The position numbers and the translations under genes were made by a program. A stretch of 62,801 bases of DNA, filler included. It is 4 parts of 4 records of this genome, joined end to end, with 100 filler letters (N's around TTAATTAATTAA, not from the genome) between each part and the next. Parts side by side here need not be neighbours in the genome. Positions count along the whole stretch, not along the records: positions 1 to 28,209 come from SRR20825019_1416; 3 more parts are not named here. One strand, given 5' to 3'. Positions 19,249 through 28,309 of this stretch are shown piece after piece; position 1 is the stretch's first letter, and every line of letters begins with the position of its first letter. Below the pieces are notes generated by a model. It was not told the origin of the DNA, ran no database searches, and saw only the letters and a program-made list of their open reading frames with translations.

Positions 19249-20715
19249 TTACTTGCCGGTCAGTACGGTTGGCCGAACGTAGAAGTGGGTGATGGTACCG
19301 TCGCTGAACTTGCTGAAGAAGGCGCTGATATCGGTAATCTTGCGCAGGGAACGGGCACGATTGATCGGATCACGCACCAGTACCTTGATGCCGTTGAAAT
19401 TGTCCTGGATGTTCGAGAACCGTGCCCGCATGGAGCAGGTCACAACCTCGCCCGGGTCCAGGTCCAGCTCCCGGGCCAGCCAACGGCTGTGATCCTCGAT
19501 GCCGGCGACAGTGAGATCTTCCCGGGTGTCCAAGTGGTTCAGTTTGGCCCGGTCCACAATGCAGCGTGAATAACTGCCAGACTTTTTCCGCGCCACTTTG
19601 CGAAAAGCCTCCCAGAAAAAGCTGTCTGTCAGTTCTGCGAAGTAACGCATGTCGCTCAGGCAGGTATCCACCCAATCAAATATCTCCGGGTCTTCAAGCA
19701 CTTCGTTGATCGCTTCCCGCAACAGCCAGTCGAAACCCAGGGCCGTCTTGTGGGCGTAGACCTTGCGGTACATCTGGTGGCGGCTGTAGACGAAGTCCTC
19801 CAAGGCGCCAAGGCCCTTCTGGGTGATGGCCAGGCCGAGCCAGGGCTCGCGCACGTCCCAGCCGAAGCGCAGGTTGCTCAGCAGGTGGTCAAGGTTGAAG
19901 CCACCGATGGTGACTGAGGAGTGAAAGCCGTCCCGAAGCATGTAGTCGGCCCGGTCGGCGTCGATTTCACCGGAGACAATGGACGACATCAGGTCCATCA
20001 CCAGCCGGGGGGTGTCGGCTTCGCTCAGAACACCGGAGTCCGCGTCGTTACCGGCGATGAAATTCCAGAAGGTGCGTGCGTGGCGGCAGAACGCATCGCT
20101 GGGCCGCACATCCGTGGTCTCCATGATGCCGATCACGTCTCTTGGATCGAGGCCGGCGGTCTCAAGGTCAATGGACGACAGCACTTCGTGGGCAACCCTC
20201 ACGGAATAGTGCTCGTGCTCCAGTTCTTCCGGGCGTTCACTGTGATACACGGAATAGTCGACACCGCTCCATAGGTCATCAAACCGGTCGGGCCGCGACA
20301 TAAGGTCGTGGATGCGCCGCGCCTGGGTGAACTGGTGGGAGAAGCTGGAATGTCCGCTGTCGTGCAGCAGGCAGCCCAGGCGAATGGTCTTGGCGAGGTA
20401 GTCAATGGCATCAAGCTGGCTGAGGCTCAGATCTGTCTGGTCGCTGAGCTGGCGTTCCCGCAGGTAGGCGTCGATCATCGAACGGAACATCCGTGTGCCC
20501 ACGTGCATCACGCCAATACTGTGAAGGAAGCGTGAGTGGGTCGCCCCCGGGAAAACCAGGCTGAGGATGTCGTTCTGGCAAATGTTGCGCAGGCGCTGGA
20601 ACAGGGGATGGTCGATAACCTTGATTTCATGCCGGTAAAGCGGAATTCCGCCATGGACCGGGTCCATGATCAGCTTGTCATAAGCCCCGAGCAGGTCATT
20701 GACGGCACTTCTCAT
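19249..20715 (-). CDS. HD-domain phosphohydrolase (dNTP triphosphohydrolase-like)
   Basis: DPVHG, FQRLR.I.Q, FPGA.HSRF.HS.G, LLHD.GH..FSH, DADR.DY..RD, VY.HK. Confidence 0.88.
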   Translation of the reverse strand: MRSAVNDLLGAYDKLIMDPVHGGIPLYRHEIKVIDHPLFQRLRNICQNDILSLVFPGATHSRFLHSIGVMHVGTRMFRSMIDAYLRERQLSDQTDLSLSQLDAIDYLAKTIRLGCLLHDSGHSSFSHQFTQARRIHDLMSRPDRFDDLWSGVDYSVYHSERPEELEHEHYSVRVAHEVLSSIDLETAGLDPRDVIGIMETTDVRPSDAFCRHARTFWNFIAGNDADSGVLSEADTPRLVMDLMSSIVSGEIDADRADYMLRDGFHSSVTIGGFNLDHLLSNLRFGWDVREPWLGLAITQKGLGALEDFVYSRHQMYRKVYAHKTALGFDWLLREAINEVLEDPEIFDWVDTCLSDMRYFAELTDSFFWEAFRKVARKKSGSYSRCIVDRAKLNHLDTREDLTVAGIEDHSRWLARELDLDPGEVVTCSMRARFSNIQDNFNGIKVLVRDPINRARSLRKITDISAFFSKFSDGTITHFYVRPTVLTGK

Positions 20716-20829
20716 AGATTACAACCTCCCAAAAACATCAAACATGTCTTGTTATATCACAGGGGCGTGCCAGAATAGGTATCAGAACCCCAATTTCCTG
20801 TTTACCGATGGTAGTTTAGGGCAATCGCC

Positions 20830-22038
20830 ATGACATCGCGCACCGAGCGCATTCTTATTATCGATTCGGATGAACGTGCCCGCTCGGAACTGGGTCGATA
20901 CCTTGAGGCCAGGGGATTCTACGTTACCGGTTATCCGGACCTGGCTTCCGCCCGTTCCCTGTTCGACGATAATATTCCGGACATCATTTTTGCCGACCTC
21001 TCGCCGGACGCCATTGGTGAGCTTGCCGGTCGGCTGGAAGACGCGGAAACCTTCACCCCCATCGTTGCCTGCTATTCCACCGCAGATGCCTCCGAAATCG
21101 TCAATGCGCTGCGAGCGGGCGCGGCCGATATCGTGCTTAAACCCTGTTCCGATGATCGTGGCGCCCTCGATGACGTTATTGGCAAGCTGTTTGATCGGGT
21201 GCGTGTGAACCGGCTCAACCAGCTTTATCGTCAGGAACTGGAAGAAGCGAACCGGGACTTGCGGGATGGCATTGCGGAATTACGTGCCGACCAGCGCGCC
21301 GGCCGTAAGGTCCAGCTCAGAATGTTGCCAGACCGGGAACAGGTGCTTTCCGGCTTTTCCGTCAATCACCTCATCAAGCCCTCGCTGTTTCTCAGCGGGG
21401 ATTTCCTGGACTATTTCCGAATAACCGAAGACAAGGTGCTGGTGTATATCGCCGATGTGTCTGGCCACGGTGCCAGCTCGGCGTTCGTAACGGTGTTGCT
21501 GAAAAACCTGACCAACCGCCTTCAGCGCAATCTCAGGCGTGGTTCCAGTGATGACATCCTGTTTCCCGATCGTTTCCTTGAGCGGATTAATTCCGAACTG
21601 CTCGATACCGGGTTGGGCAAGCATGTAACGGTGTTCGTGGGCATCATTTCAACGTCTGACAGAAGTCTTCGTTATTCGGTAGGCGCCCATTTCCCGATGC
21701 CGATCCTTTCCCTGGAGGGCGGCAAGACAGAGTTCCTCGAAGGCAGTGGCTTGCCGGTGGGGCTGTTCGAGACGCCGGAATGGGAGGTTTACGAAGTTCC
21801 ACTGGACAAACCGTTCCACCTGATTCTTTTCTCAGACGGTATACTGGAGGTCATCAAGGCCAAAAGCCTGGATGAAAAGGAAAAGACACTACTTGAACTC
21901 GTCTCGGGAGGTAGTCACACTATTGCTTCCCTGGGCGACGCTCTGAATCTCGACGAGATCACAGAGTTACCTGACGATATTGCTATCGTATCAGTAACGG
22001 ATACCGATCCTGATACCAATGGCCCGACGTCGACATAG
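20830..22038 (+). CDS. rssB: Receiver + PP2C (SpoIIE-like) phosphatase response regulator, RssB-like
   Basis: Receiver domain, coiled coil, SGDFLDY, ADVSGHG, SDG, DDI. Confidence 0.8.
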   Translation: MTSRTERILIIDSDERARSELGRYLEARGFYVTGYPDLASARSLFDDNIPDIIFADLSPDAIGELAGRLEDAETFTPIVACYSTADASEIVNALRAGAADIVLKPCSDDRGALDDVIGKLFDRVRVNRLNQLYRQELEEANRDLRDGIAELRADQRAGRKVQLRMLPDREQVLSGFSVNHLIKPSLFLSGDFLDYFRITEDKVLVYIADVSGHGASSAFVTVLLKNLTNRLQRNLRRGSSDDILFPDRFLERINSELLDTGLGKHVTVFVGIISTSDRSLRYSVGAHFPMPILSLEGGKTEFLEGSGLPVGLFETPEWEVYEVPLDKPFHLILFSDGILEVIKAKSLDEKEKTLLELVSGGSHTIASLGDALNLDEITELPDDIAIVSVTDTDPDTNGPTST

Positions 22039-22052
22039 TGGCAGTGGATTCA

Positions 22053-22544
22053 ATGGCTGGTTACAAGATCCTGCAAGCTGAAAAACAGGGCATCTATGTC
22101 CTTAAGTTTATTGGAGAAATCCGGCTGAACCTGTGTTCGACGCTGGACAATCTGGTTGAGTCCATTACCCAGGATCCTGATTTCAAGACGGTGGTTATTG
22201 ATCTTACCGAAACCGAGATCATCGACAGCACCACCCTGGGGCTGTTGGCCAAGATTGCCATGGCTGCCCAGAAACGCAGTAATTTCCTGCCCACGATGAT
22301 ATCCACCAACCCCGATATAACCCGAATCATCACCTCCATGGGTTTCGACAAGATTTTCATCATTGTTCGCGAGCCTGCGTCCCGCATCGAAGAACTGGAA
22401 GAAATCCCCGTATTGCGCGCGAGCGAGCAGCAGGTCAGGGATAAGGTGTTGGAAGCCCACCGTGTGCTGATGGGCCTGAACAGCCGTAACCGGGAAGAAT
22501 TCAAGAACCTGGTGCGTGCCCTGGAATGCGAAGAGTCCGGCTGA
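22053..22544 (+). CDS. rssC: STAS-domain anti-anti-sigma factor, RssC-like
   Basis: DL.E...IDSTTLG motif; coupled to the PP2C regulator. Confidence 0.75.
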   Translation: MAGYKILQAEKQGIYVLKFIGEIRLNLCSTLDNLVESITQDPDFKTVVIDLTETEIIDSTTLGLLAKIAMAAQKRSNFLPTMISTNPDITRIITSMGFDKIFIIVREPASRIEELEEIPVLRASEQQVRDKVLEAHRVLMGLNSRNREEFKNLVRALECEESG

Positions 22545-22620
22545 GCCCGGGGTCATCACTGCGTTCTCCATTCCTGCCGGCCGTTTACCGGGCTGAACCA
22601 TAAAACATAACGGAACGACT

Positions 22621-23688
22621 ATGCCTGAGAAAAATAACCGTGGGCCCACCGACGTTTCCCAGACCGGCCATGATGTAGCGGTTCTCGGCGGTGGCAGTTT
22701 CGGTTCTGCCATGGCCAAAGTGTTGGGGGAGAATGGCCATACCGTCCATTTCTGGATGAGGGACGAAGCCCAGGCGGATGAAATCCGCAACACCGGTATC
22801 AACAGCCGCTATATGCCGGATGTCACCCTAACTGGTGATATTCAGCCGACTACCAGCCTGCCGGAAGCCGTCGGTAAGGCTGAAATTGTCTTTGTGGCCA
22901 TTCCCAGCAAAGCCTTCCGCTCCGTCATTCGTGAAAACAGCTCTGAGTTCCGGGAAGGGCAGATCGTTGTCAGCCTGACCAAGGGCATCGAAGAGCATGG
23001 CTTCAAGCTGATGAGCGAAATCCTTCAGGAAGAAATCCCGCGTTCCCGCATTGGTGTGCTCAGCGGTCCCAATCTGGCTGGTGAAATCGTCAGTCAGGAC
23101 CTCACGGCAACCGTTATCGCCGCCAAGGACCCTGACGTGCGCCGCACGGTTCAGGAACTGCTTGGCTGCGAATATCTGCGGGTCTACGCCAATGTGGATG
23201 TGTATGGCGTCGAGCTGGCCGGTGCATTGAAGAATATCTACGCCATCGTTGCCGGGCTGGCGTCAGCGCGGAATCTGGGAGAAAACGCCAAAGCGATGCT
23301 GATTACCCGCGGGCTGGCGGAAATGAGCCGGTTTGCGGTCAGCCTGGGGGCCAACCCCATGACGTTTATGGGCCTTGCGGGGGTAGGGGATCTTATCGTG
23401 ACCTGTACGTCTCCGAAAAGCAGGAACTACCGTGTTGGTTACGCCGTAGGTAACGGCCAGGCGCTGGATGAGGCGGTCGCGGAGTTGGGCCAGGTGGCCG
23501 AGGGCATCTATACCCTGAAACTGGTCAAGGAGAAATCCGAGGCGATTGGTATCTACATGCCTTTGGTTCGAGGGCTCTATGAGATTCTTTACGATGGCGC
23601 CTCCATCAGTGCAGTGATCAACAGTCTGATGATGTCGGTCCAGAATTCAGATGTGGAATTCATTCTTCCACGAACCATCAGTCAGTAA
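22621..23688 (+). CDS. gpsA: NAD(P)H-dependent glycerol-3-phosphate dehydrogenase
   Basis: GGGSFG, SGPN.A.E, GALKN, GLAG.GDL..TC....SRN. Confidence 0.95.
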   Translation: MPEKNNRGPTDVSQTGHDVAVLGGGSFGSAMAKVLGENGHTVHFWMRDEAQADEIRNTGINSRYMPDVTLTGDIQPTTSLPEAVGKAEIVFVAIPSKAFRSVIRENSSEFREGQIVVSLTKGIEEHGFKLMSEILQEEIPRSRIGVLSGPNLAGEIVSQDLTATVIAAKDPDVRRTVQELLGCEYLRVYANVDVYGVELAGALKNIYAIVAGLASARNLGENAKAMLITRGLAEMSRFAVSLGANPMTFMGLAGVGDLIVTCTSPKSRNYRVGYAVGNGQALDEAVAELGQVAEGIYTLKLVKEKSEAIGIYMPLVRGLYEILYDGASISAVINSLMMSVQNSDVEFILPRTISQ

Positions 23689-23715
23689 GGTTCGGGTTAG
23701 CCGGAGGGAAAGCCA

Positions 23716-24165
23716 GTGCACTTGATCGTCATGCGCCATGGTGAGGCCGGTTGGCACACTCTCGACAGGGAGCGTGAGCTGACGGAGTTTGGTCGCCACG
23801 GGGTGGCGGACGTAGCCGCTCAGATTGCGGAGTCGCCCTGGCGCCCTGAGTTTATTTGGTGCAGCCCATTGGTCAGGGCCCGGCAAACCGCTGCGATTGC
23901 GTCTGAGATTCTGAATTGCCCGGTCACGGAAAAGGATTATATTACGCCGGATGATGATCCCGGCCGTTGTCTGGATGAGTTGATCGAATCCGCTCCCTCT
24001 CCGTTATTGCTGATTTCTCATATGCCCTTTGTTGGCAGCCTTTCGACACTCCTGGTGGATGGTCATCGTAAGGGCATCCCCTTTATGACCGCTCAGGCCG
24101 TGGTTCTCGAAATGCCTGTAGCAGGCCCAGGCTGCGCCGACTTGCGGGCACAATTCCTACCCTGA
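23716..24165 (+). CDS. sixA: Phosphohistidine phosphatase SixA
   Basis: MRHGEA, SPL.RA.QTA, SH.P. Confidence 0.88.
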   Translation: MHLIVMRHGEAGWHTLDRERELTEFGRHGVADVAAQIAESPWRPEFIWCSPLVRARQTAAIASEILNCPVTEKDYITPDDDPGRCLDELIESAPSPLLLISHMPFVGSLSTLLVDGHRKGIPFMTAQAVVLEMPVAGPGCADLRAQFLP

Positions 24166-24239
24166 AATCTCTCATAAGACCTTTAAAATCGGTGCCCCAG
24201 CGCCCATAGTTTCTGTGAAACCACACAGGAATAACGTTT

Positions 24240-24809
24240 ATGAGCCAGAAGCCCGAGACAATTGCGCAACAAGTGGAAAGTGCACAGGCTCCCGGAAAAG
24301 GCCTGCCACCTCTCGAAACATGGAACCCGGAGCTGTCCGGAGACATTGATATCGTGATTGCCCGTGACGGGCAATGGCTGTATCAGGGCAAGCCCATCGG
24401 CCGGGACGCGATTGTTAAGCTGTTCTCGACGATTCTGCGGCAGGAAAGTGACGGGCACCATTATCTGGTGACGCCGGTTGAGAAGTGGCGGATCACTGTC
24501 GAAGATACGGCCATTCTTGCTCATTCTCTTGAAGTCTCTGGCAGTGGAAAGGATCAGGTTCTGTCAGTAACTACCAACACAGGAGAGACACTGTTAGTTG
24601 GGGACGAGCACCCTCTGCACATTGGGGTTTATGAAGGAACCAACGAGCCACGCCCGGTCATCGGTTTACGCCACGGTGTGGAGGCAAGGCTGGTAACGGC
24701 CGCTTATTACGATCTGGCCGACCGGGTGACTGAAGAAAGTTCCGGAGAAAATACCGTTATAGGTGTCTGGAGTAGCGGAAATTTCTATAAAATTGCCGAT
24801 AACGGTTGA
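24240..24809 (+). CDS. DUF1285-family protein
   Basis: PP...WNP...GDID..I..DG.W.Y.G.PI.R, LF..IL, LVTPVEK..I.VED. Confidence 0.85.
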   Translation: MSQKPETIAQQVESAQAPGKGLPPLETWNPELSGDIDIVIARDGQWLYQGKPIGRDAIVKLFSTILRQESDGHHYLVTPVEKWRITVEDTAILAHSLEVSGSGKDQVLSVTTNTGETLLVGDEHPLHIGVYEGTNEPRPVIGLRHGVEARLVTAAYYDLADRVTEESSGENTVIGVWSSGNFYKIADNG

Positions 24810-25012
24810 ATTACCAGCCGCCGTCCCAACTAACTCACGGTAGAAAACGCAGTCTGACACTTGTTAAACTGTATTTTCGAACTTGTTACCGAGCCTGGCT
24901 CTCTAACGAGGCCCGGTGGTCGTAAGTCCCTCTGTGCAGTCTGGCTGTTCAAGATCACTTTCGATTGCCCAAATTTACATCAAACAGTCATTGCGACACG
25001 CAAGGAGATCAC

Positions 25013-25474
25013 ATGGCCCAACCTCGTGTTGTCACCATCCACTACACGCTCACCAACGACCAGGGAGAAGAGCTGGACTCCTCCCGTGTAGAAGGTCGCG
25101 AGCCTCTGTCCTATCTGGAAGGTGCTCAGAACATTATCGGCGGACTGGAAAATGCGCTGAACGAAAAGAACGCTGGCGATCAGGTTAAAGTATCTGTTGA
25201 GCCGGGTGAAGGTTACGGCGAAGTCAACGAAGAACTGGTCCAGCCGGTCCCACGTTCTGCGTTTGAAGGTGTCGACACCATCGAGCCGGGCATGCAGTTC
25301 CAGGCACAGACTCCGGGTGGCCCCCAGGTCGTTCGTGTCGTGGAAGTAGGCGACGAAACCGTCACCATCGATGCCAACCACCCGCTGGCGGGTGAGACCC
25401 TGCACTTCGACGTGGAAGTGGTTGAAGCGCGCGAAGCAACTGACGAAGAGCAAGAGCACGGTCACGCTCACTGA
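25013..25474 (+). CDS. slyD: FKBP-type peptidyl-prolyl isomerase SlyD
   Basis: HYTL, DSS, II.GLE.AL, YGE, DANHPLAG..L.F.VEV, HGHAH tail; GGAG RBS before ATG at 25013. Confidence 0.92.
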   Translation: MAQPRVVTIHYTLTNDQGEELDSSRVEGREPLSYLEGAQNIIGGLENALNEKNAGDQVKVSVEPGEGYGEVNEELVQPVPRSAFEGVDTIEPGMQFQAQTPGGPQVVRVVEVGDETVTIDANHPLAGETLHFDVEVVEAREATDEEQEHGHAH

Positions 25475-25493
25475 TCCCGTCATAGTTGTTCAT

Positions 25494-25526
25494 AAAAAAA
25501 CGGCCCCTGTTGGGGCCGTTTTTTTT
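25494..25526. terminator. Bidirectional terminator between slyD and ETF-QO
   Basis: A7-CGGCCCC-TGTT-GGGGCCG-T8. Confidence 0.85.
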
Positions 25527-25542
25527 GGCTATCCAGAACTAT

Positions 25543-27195
25543 TTACATGTTCGGATAGTTCGGACCACCGCCACCTTCCGGCGTCACCCAGGTGATGTTC
25601 TGGGCCGGGTCCTTGATGTCGCAGGTTTTGCAGTGAACGCAGTTCTGCGCGTTGATCTGGAACTTCTTGCCACTGCCGTCATCCGCTTCAACCACTTCGT
25701 ACACGCCGGCCGGGCAGTAGCGCTGCGCAGGCTCGTTGTACTTCGGCAGGTTATCCTTAATTGGGATGTCCGGGTTGGACAGCTTCAGGTGAACCGGCTG
25801 ATCTTCCTCATGGTTGGTGTTGGAGATAAACACCGAGGACAGCTTGTCGAAGGTCAGTTTGTTATCCGGCTTCGGATAATCGATCTTCTTGGCCTGGTCC
25901 GCAGGCTTTAGCGTGGCATAGTCGGGAGTCGTGTCGTGGAACGTAAACGGTAGACTGCTCCGAAGAATGTTCTGCTCGAAGTAGGCAATCGCGCCGCCCA
26001 CGAAGTTACCGAACTTGTGCATGCCCGGGCTGAAGTTGCGCTCGGCATACAGCTCTTTATAGAGCCAGCTATCCTTGAAGCGCTCTTCGAAACTGGTGAT
26101 TTCCTCACCGCTCTTGCCGTCCTTCAGCGCTTCAAACACTGCCTCTGCGCCCAGCAGGCCGGATTTCATGGCGGTGTGGGAGCCCTTGATCTTGGAGCTG
26201 TTCAGGGTGCCGGCGTCACAGCCCAGCAGCAGGCCGCCCGGGAAGCTCATCTTCGGCAGGGAGTTGAAGCCACCTTTGGTGATGGCGCGGGCGCCATAGG
26301 CCACTCGCTTGCCGCCTTCCAGGTGTTTCTTGATCTCCGGATGCAGCTTCAGGCGCTGGAACTCGTCGAACGGGCTCATGTGCGGGTTGCTGTAGGACAG
26401 ATCGCTGATCAGGCCAACGTATACCTGGCCGTTTTCCAGATGGTAAAGGAAGGAGCCACCGGTGGAGCCGGATTCGTTCAACGGCCAGCCAGTTGTGTGG
26501 ATAACCAGGCCTGGCTCATGCTTGGCCGGATCGATGTCCCACAATTCCTTGATACCAATACCGTAGTGCTGAGGGTCTTTGCCTTCGTCAAGCTTGAAAT
26601 CGTTGATCAGGCGCTTGCCCAGGTGACCACGGCAGCCTTCGGTAAACAGGGTGTACTTGGCACGTAGTTCCATGCCCGGCATGAAGCCGTCTTTTTCGGA
26701 GCCGTCACGGGCCACACCCATATCGCCGGTGATAATGCCCTTGACCTGGCCATCTTCTACGATGGTTTCGGAAGCGGCAAAACCGGGATACACCTCAACG
26801 CCCAGGCCTTCGGCCTGCTCGGCCAGCCAGCGGCACAGGTTGCCCAGGCTGATGATGTAGTTGCCGTGGTTGTGCATGTTCTTGGGCACAAAGGCGTTTG
26901 GAATCTTGGTGGCGCCTTCCTGGTTCTTTAGCAGGAAAATGTCATCACGGGTGACCGGCGTGTTCAGCGGTGCGCCTTTCTCTTTCCAGTCCGGGAACAG
27001 CTCGTTGAGGGCCGTGGGCTCAAACACTGTGCCAGCCATGATGTGGGCGCCGATCTCGGACCCCTTCTCAACGACGCAGACGGTCAGTTCCTGCTCGGCT
27101 TCCTGGGCCATCTGCATGACACGACAGGCTGCCGAGAGGCCAGCCGGCCCACCGCCGACGATCAGAACATCAAATTCCATCGATTCGCGTTCCAC
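25543..27195 (-). CDS. Electron transfer flavoprotein-ubiquinone oxidoreductase
   Basis: GGGPAGL, EKG.E.GAH, RYCPAGVYE, NCVHCKTCDIKDP. Confidence 0.96.
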   Translation of the reverse strand: MERESMEFDVLIVGGGPAGLSAACRVMQMAQEAEQELTVCVVEKGSEIGAHIMAGTVFEPTALNELFPDWKEKGAPLNTPVTRDDIFLLKNQEGATKIPNAFVPKNMHNHGNYIISLGNLCRWLAEQAEGLGVEVYPGFAASETIVEDGQVKGIITGDMGVARDGSEKDGFMPGMELRAKYTLFTEGCRGHLGKRLINDFKLDEGKDPQHYGIGIKELWDIDPAKHEPGLVIHTTGWPLNESGSTGGSFLYHLENGQVYVGLISDLSYSNPHMSPFDEFQRLKLHPEIKKHLEGGKRVAYGARAITKGGFNSLPKMSFPGGLLLGCDAGTLNSSKIKGSHTAMKSGLLGAEAVFEALKDGKSGEEITSFEERFKDSWLYKELYAERNFSPGMHKFGNFVGGAIAYFEQNILRSSLPFTFHDTTPDYATLKPADQAKKIDYPKPDNKLTFDKLSSVFISNTNHEEDQPVHLKLSNPDIPIKDNLPKYNEPAQRYCPAGVYEVVEADDGSGKKFQINAQNCVHCKTCDIKDPAQNITWVTPEGGGGPNYPNM

Positions 27196-27338
27196 GTTGG
27201 TCTCCTCATCTGTTTTATAGTGATGCCAACAGGCAAATTCTTAGGGGCGTCATCATACCGGTAAAAGCTCGTATAGACGACTCCCTCAAAGCGAAAGCAC
27301 CTGCCTTAATAGAGTAAAAGGATACCGCAATTGAATAA

Positions 27339-27358
27339 TCAAACAAACGTTTGTTTGA
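27339..27358. promoter_or_regulatory. Perfect 20-bp palindrome, PsrA-type operator between ETF-QO and etfB
   Basis: TCAAACAAACGTTTGTTTGA; contains two overlapping CAAAC-N4-GTTTG boxes. Confidence 0.7.
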
Positions 27359-27613
27359 AATTTGGGTCTACCTTTGGCATTGTTTGGTGGCACTGGGCCA
27401 AAACGTGTTTTTTGAATCGTTTTTTAGTATCGTCTCACGCTCAGGTGGAGTCAACAGGTGTTCATTGGCCATTGACGCGGCGGTGCAGCGTCTATAGGGA
27501 CTATTGACCCCGGTAGCCTTTGCCTGCAGTATTATGACGCCCTGACAGACAGCAGATCCTGCAAGTATGTGCTGTTCTCAATTGTAAACTCATCGTAGAA
27601 GAACGAGGAATCT

Positions 27614-28209
27614 ATGAAGGTTCTGGTCGCTGTAAAACGAGTAATCGACTACAACGTGAAGGTGCGCGTCAAGCCGGACAACACCGGCGTTGATCTCGCC
27701 AACGTCAAGATGGCAATGAACCCATTCTGCGAAATCGCTGTTGAAGAAGCGGTTCGTTTGAAGGAAAAGGGCGTTGCCAGTGAAATCGTGGTGGTATCCA
27801 TCGGCCCGAAGGCCTGCCAGGAGCAAATCCGTACCGCTCTGGCACTGGGTGCTGACCGGGGTATCCACATCGAAACTGACGAAGAGGTTCAGTCTCTCGA
27901 AGCGGCCAAGCTGCTCAAGAGTGTGGTTGAGAAGGAAGAGCCCAAGCTCGTCATTCTTGGCAAACAGTCCATCGATTCCGACAACAACCAGACAGGCCAG
28001 ATGCTGGCCGCGCTGACCGGTATGGGTCAGGGCACATTCGCGTCTGAAGTAGTTGTCGAAGGTGAGAAGGTCAACGTGACCCGCGAAGTCGACGGCGGCC
28101 TGATGACCGTGGCCCTGAACCTGCCGGCGGTTGTGACTACCGATCTTCGCTTGAACGAGCCGCGCTACGCGTCCCTGCCGAACATCATGAAGGCCAAGAA
28201 GAAGCCGCT
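27614..28209 (+). CDS. etfB: Electron transfer flavoprotein beta subunit (3'-truncated)
   Basis: [45 protein letters not shown]. Confidence 0.96.
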
Positions 28210-28309
28210 NNNNNNNNNNNNNNNNNNNNNNNNNNNNNNNNNNNNNNNNNNNNTTAATTAATTAANNNNNNNNNNNNNNNNNNNNNNNNNNNNNNNNNNN
28301 NNNNNNNNN
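28210..28309. other. Artificial contig linker
   Basis: N44-TTAATTAATTAA-N44; stops in all six frames; abrupt base-composition change. Confidence 0.98.

Noticed and set aside
28254..28265. TTAATTAATTAA as a biological repeat
   Set aside because: Identical in all three N-gaps; it is a synthetic six-frame-stop linker
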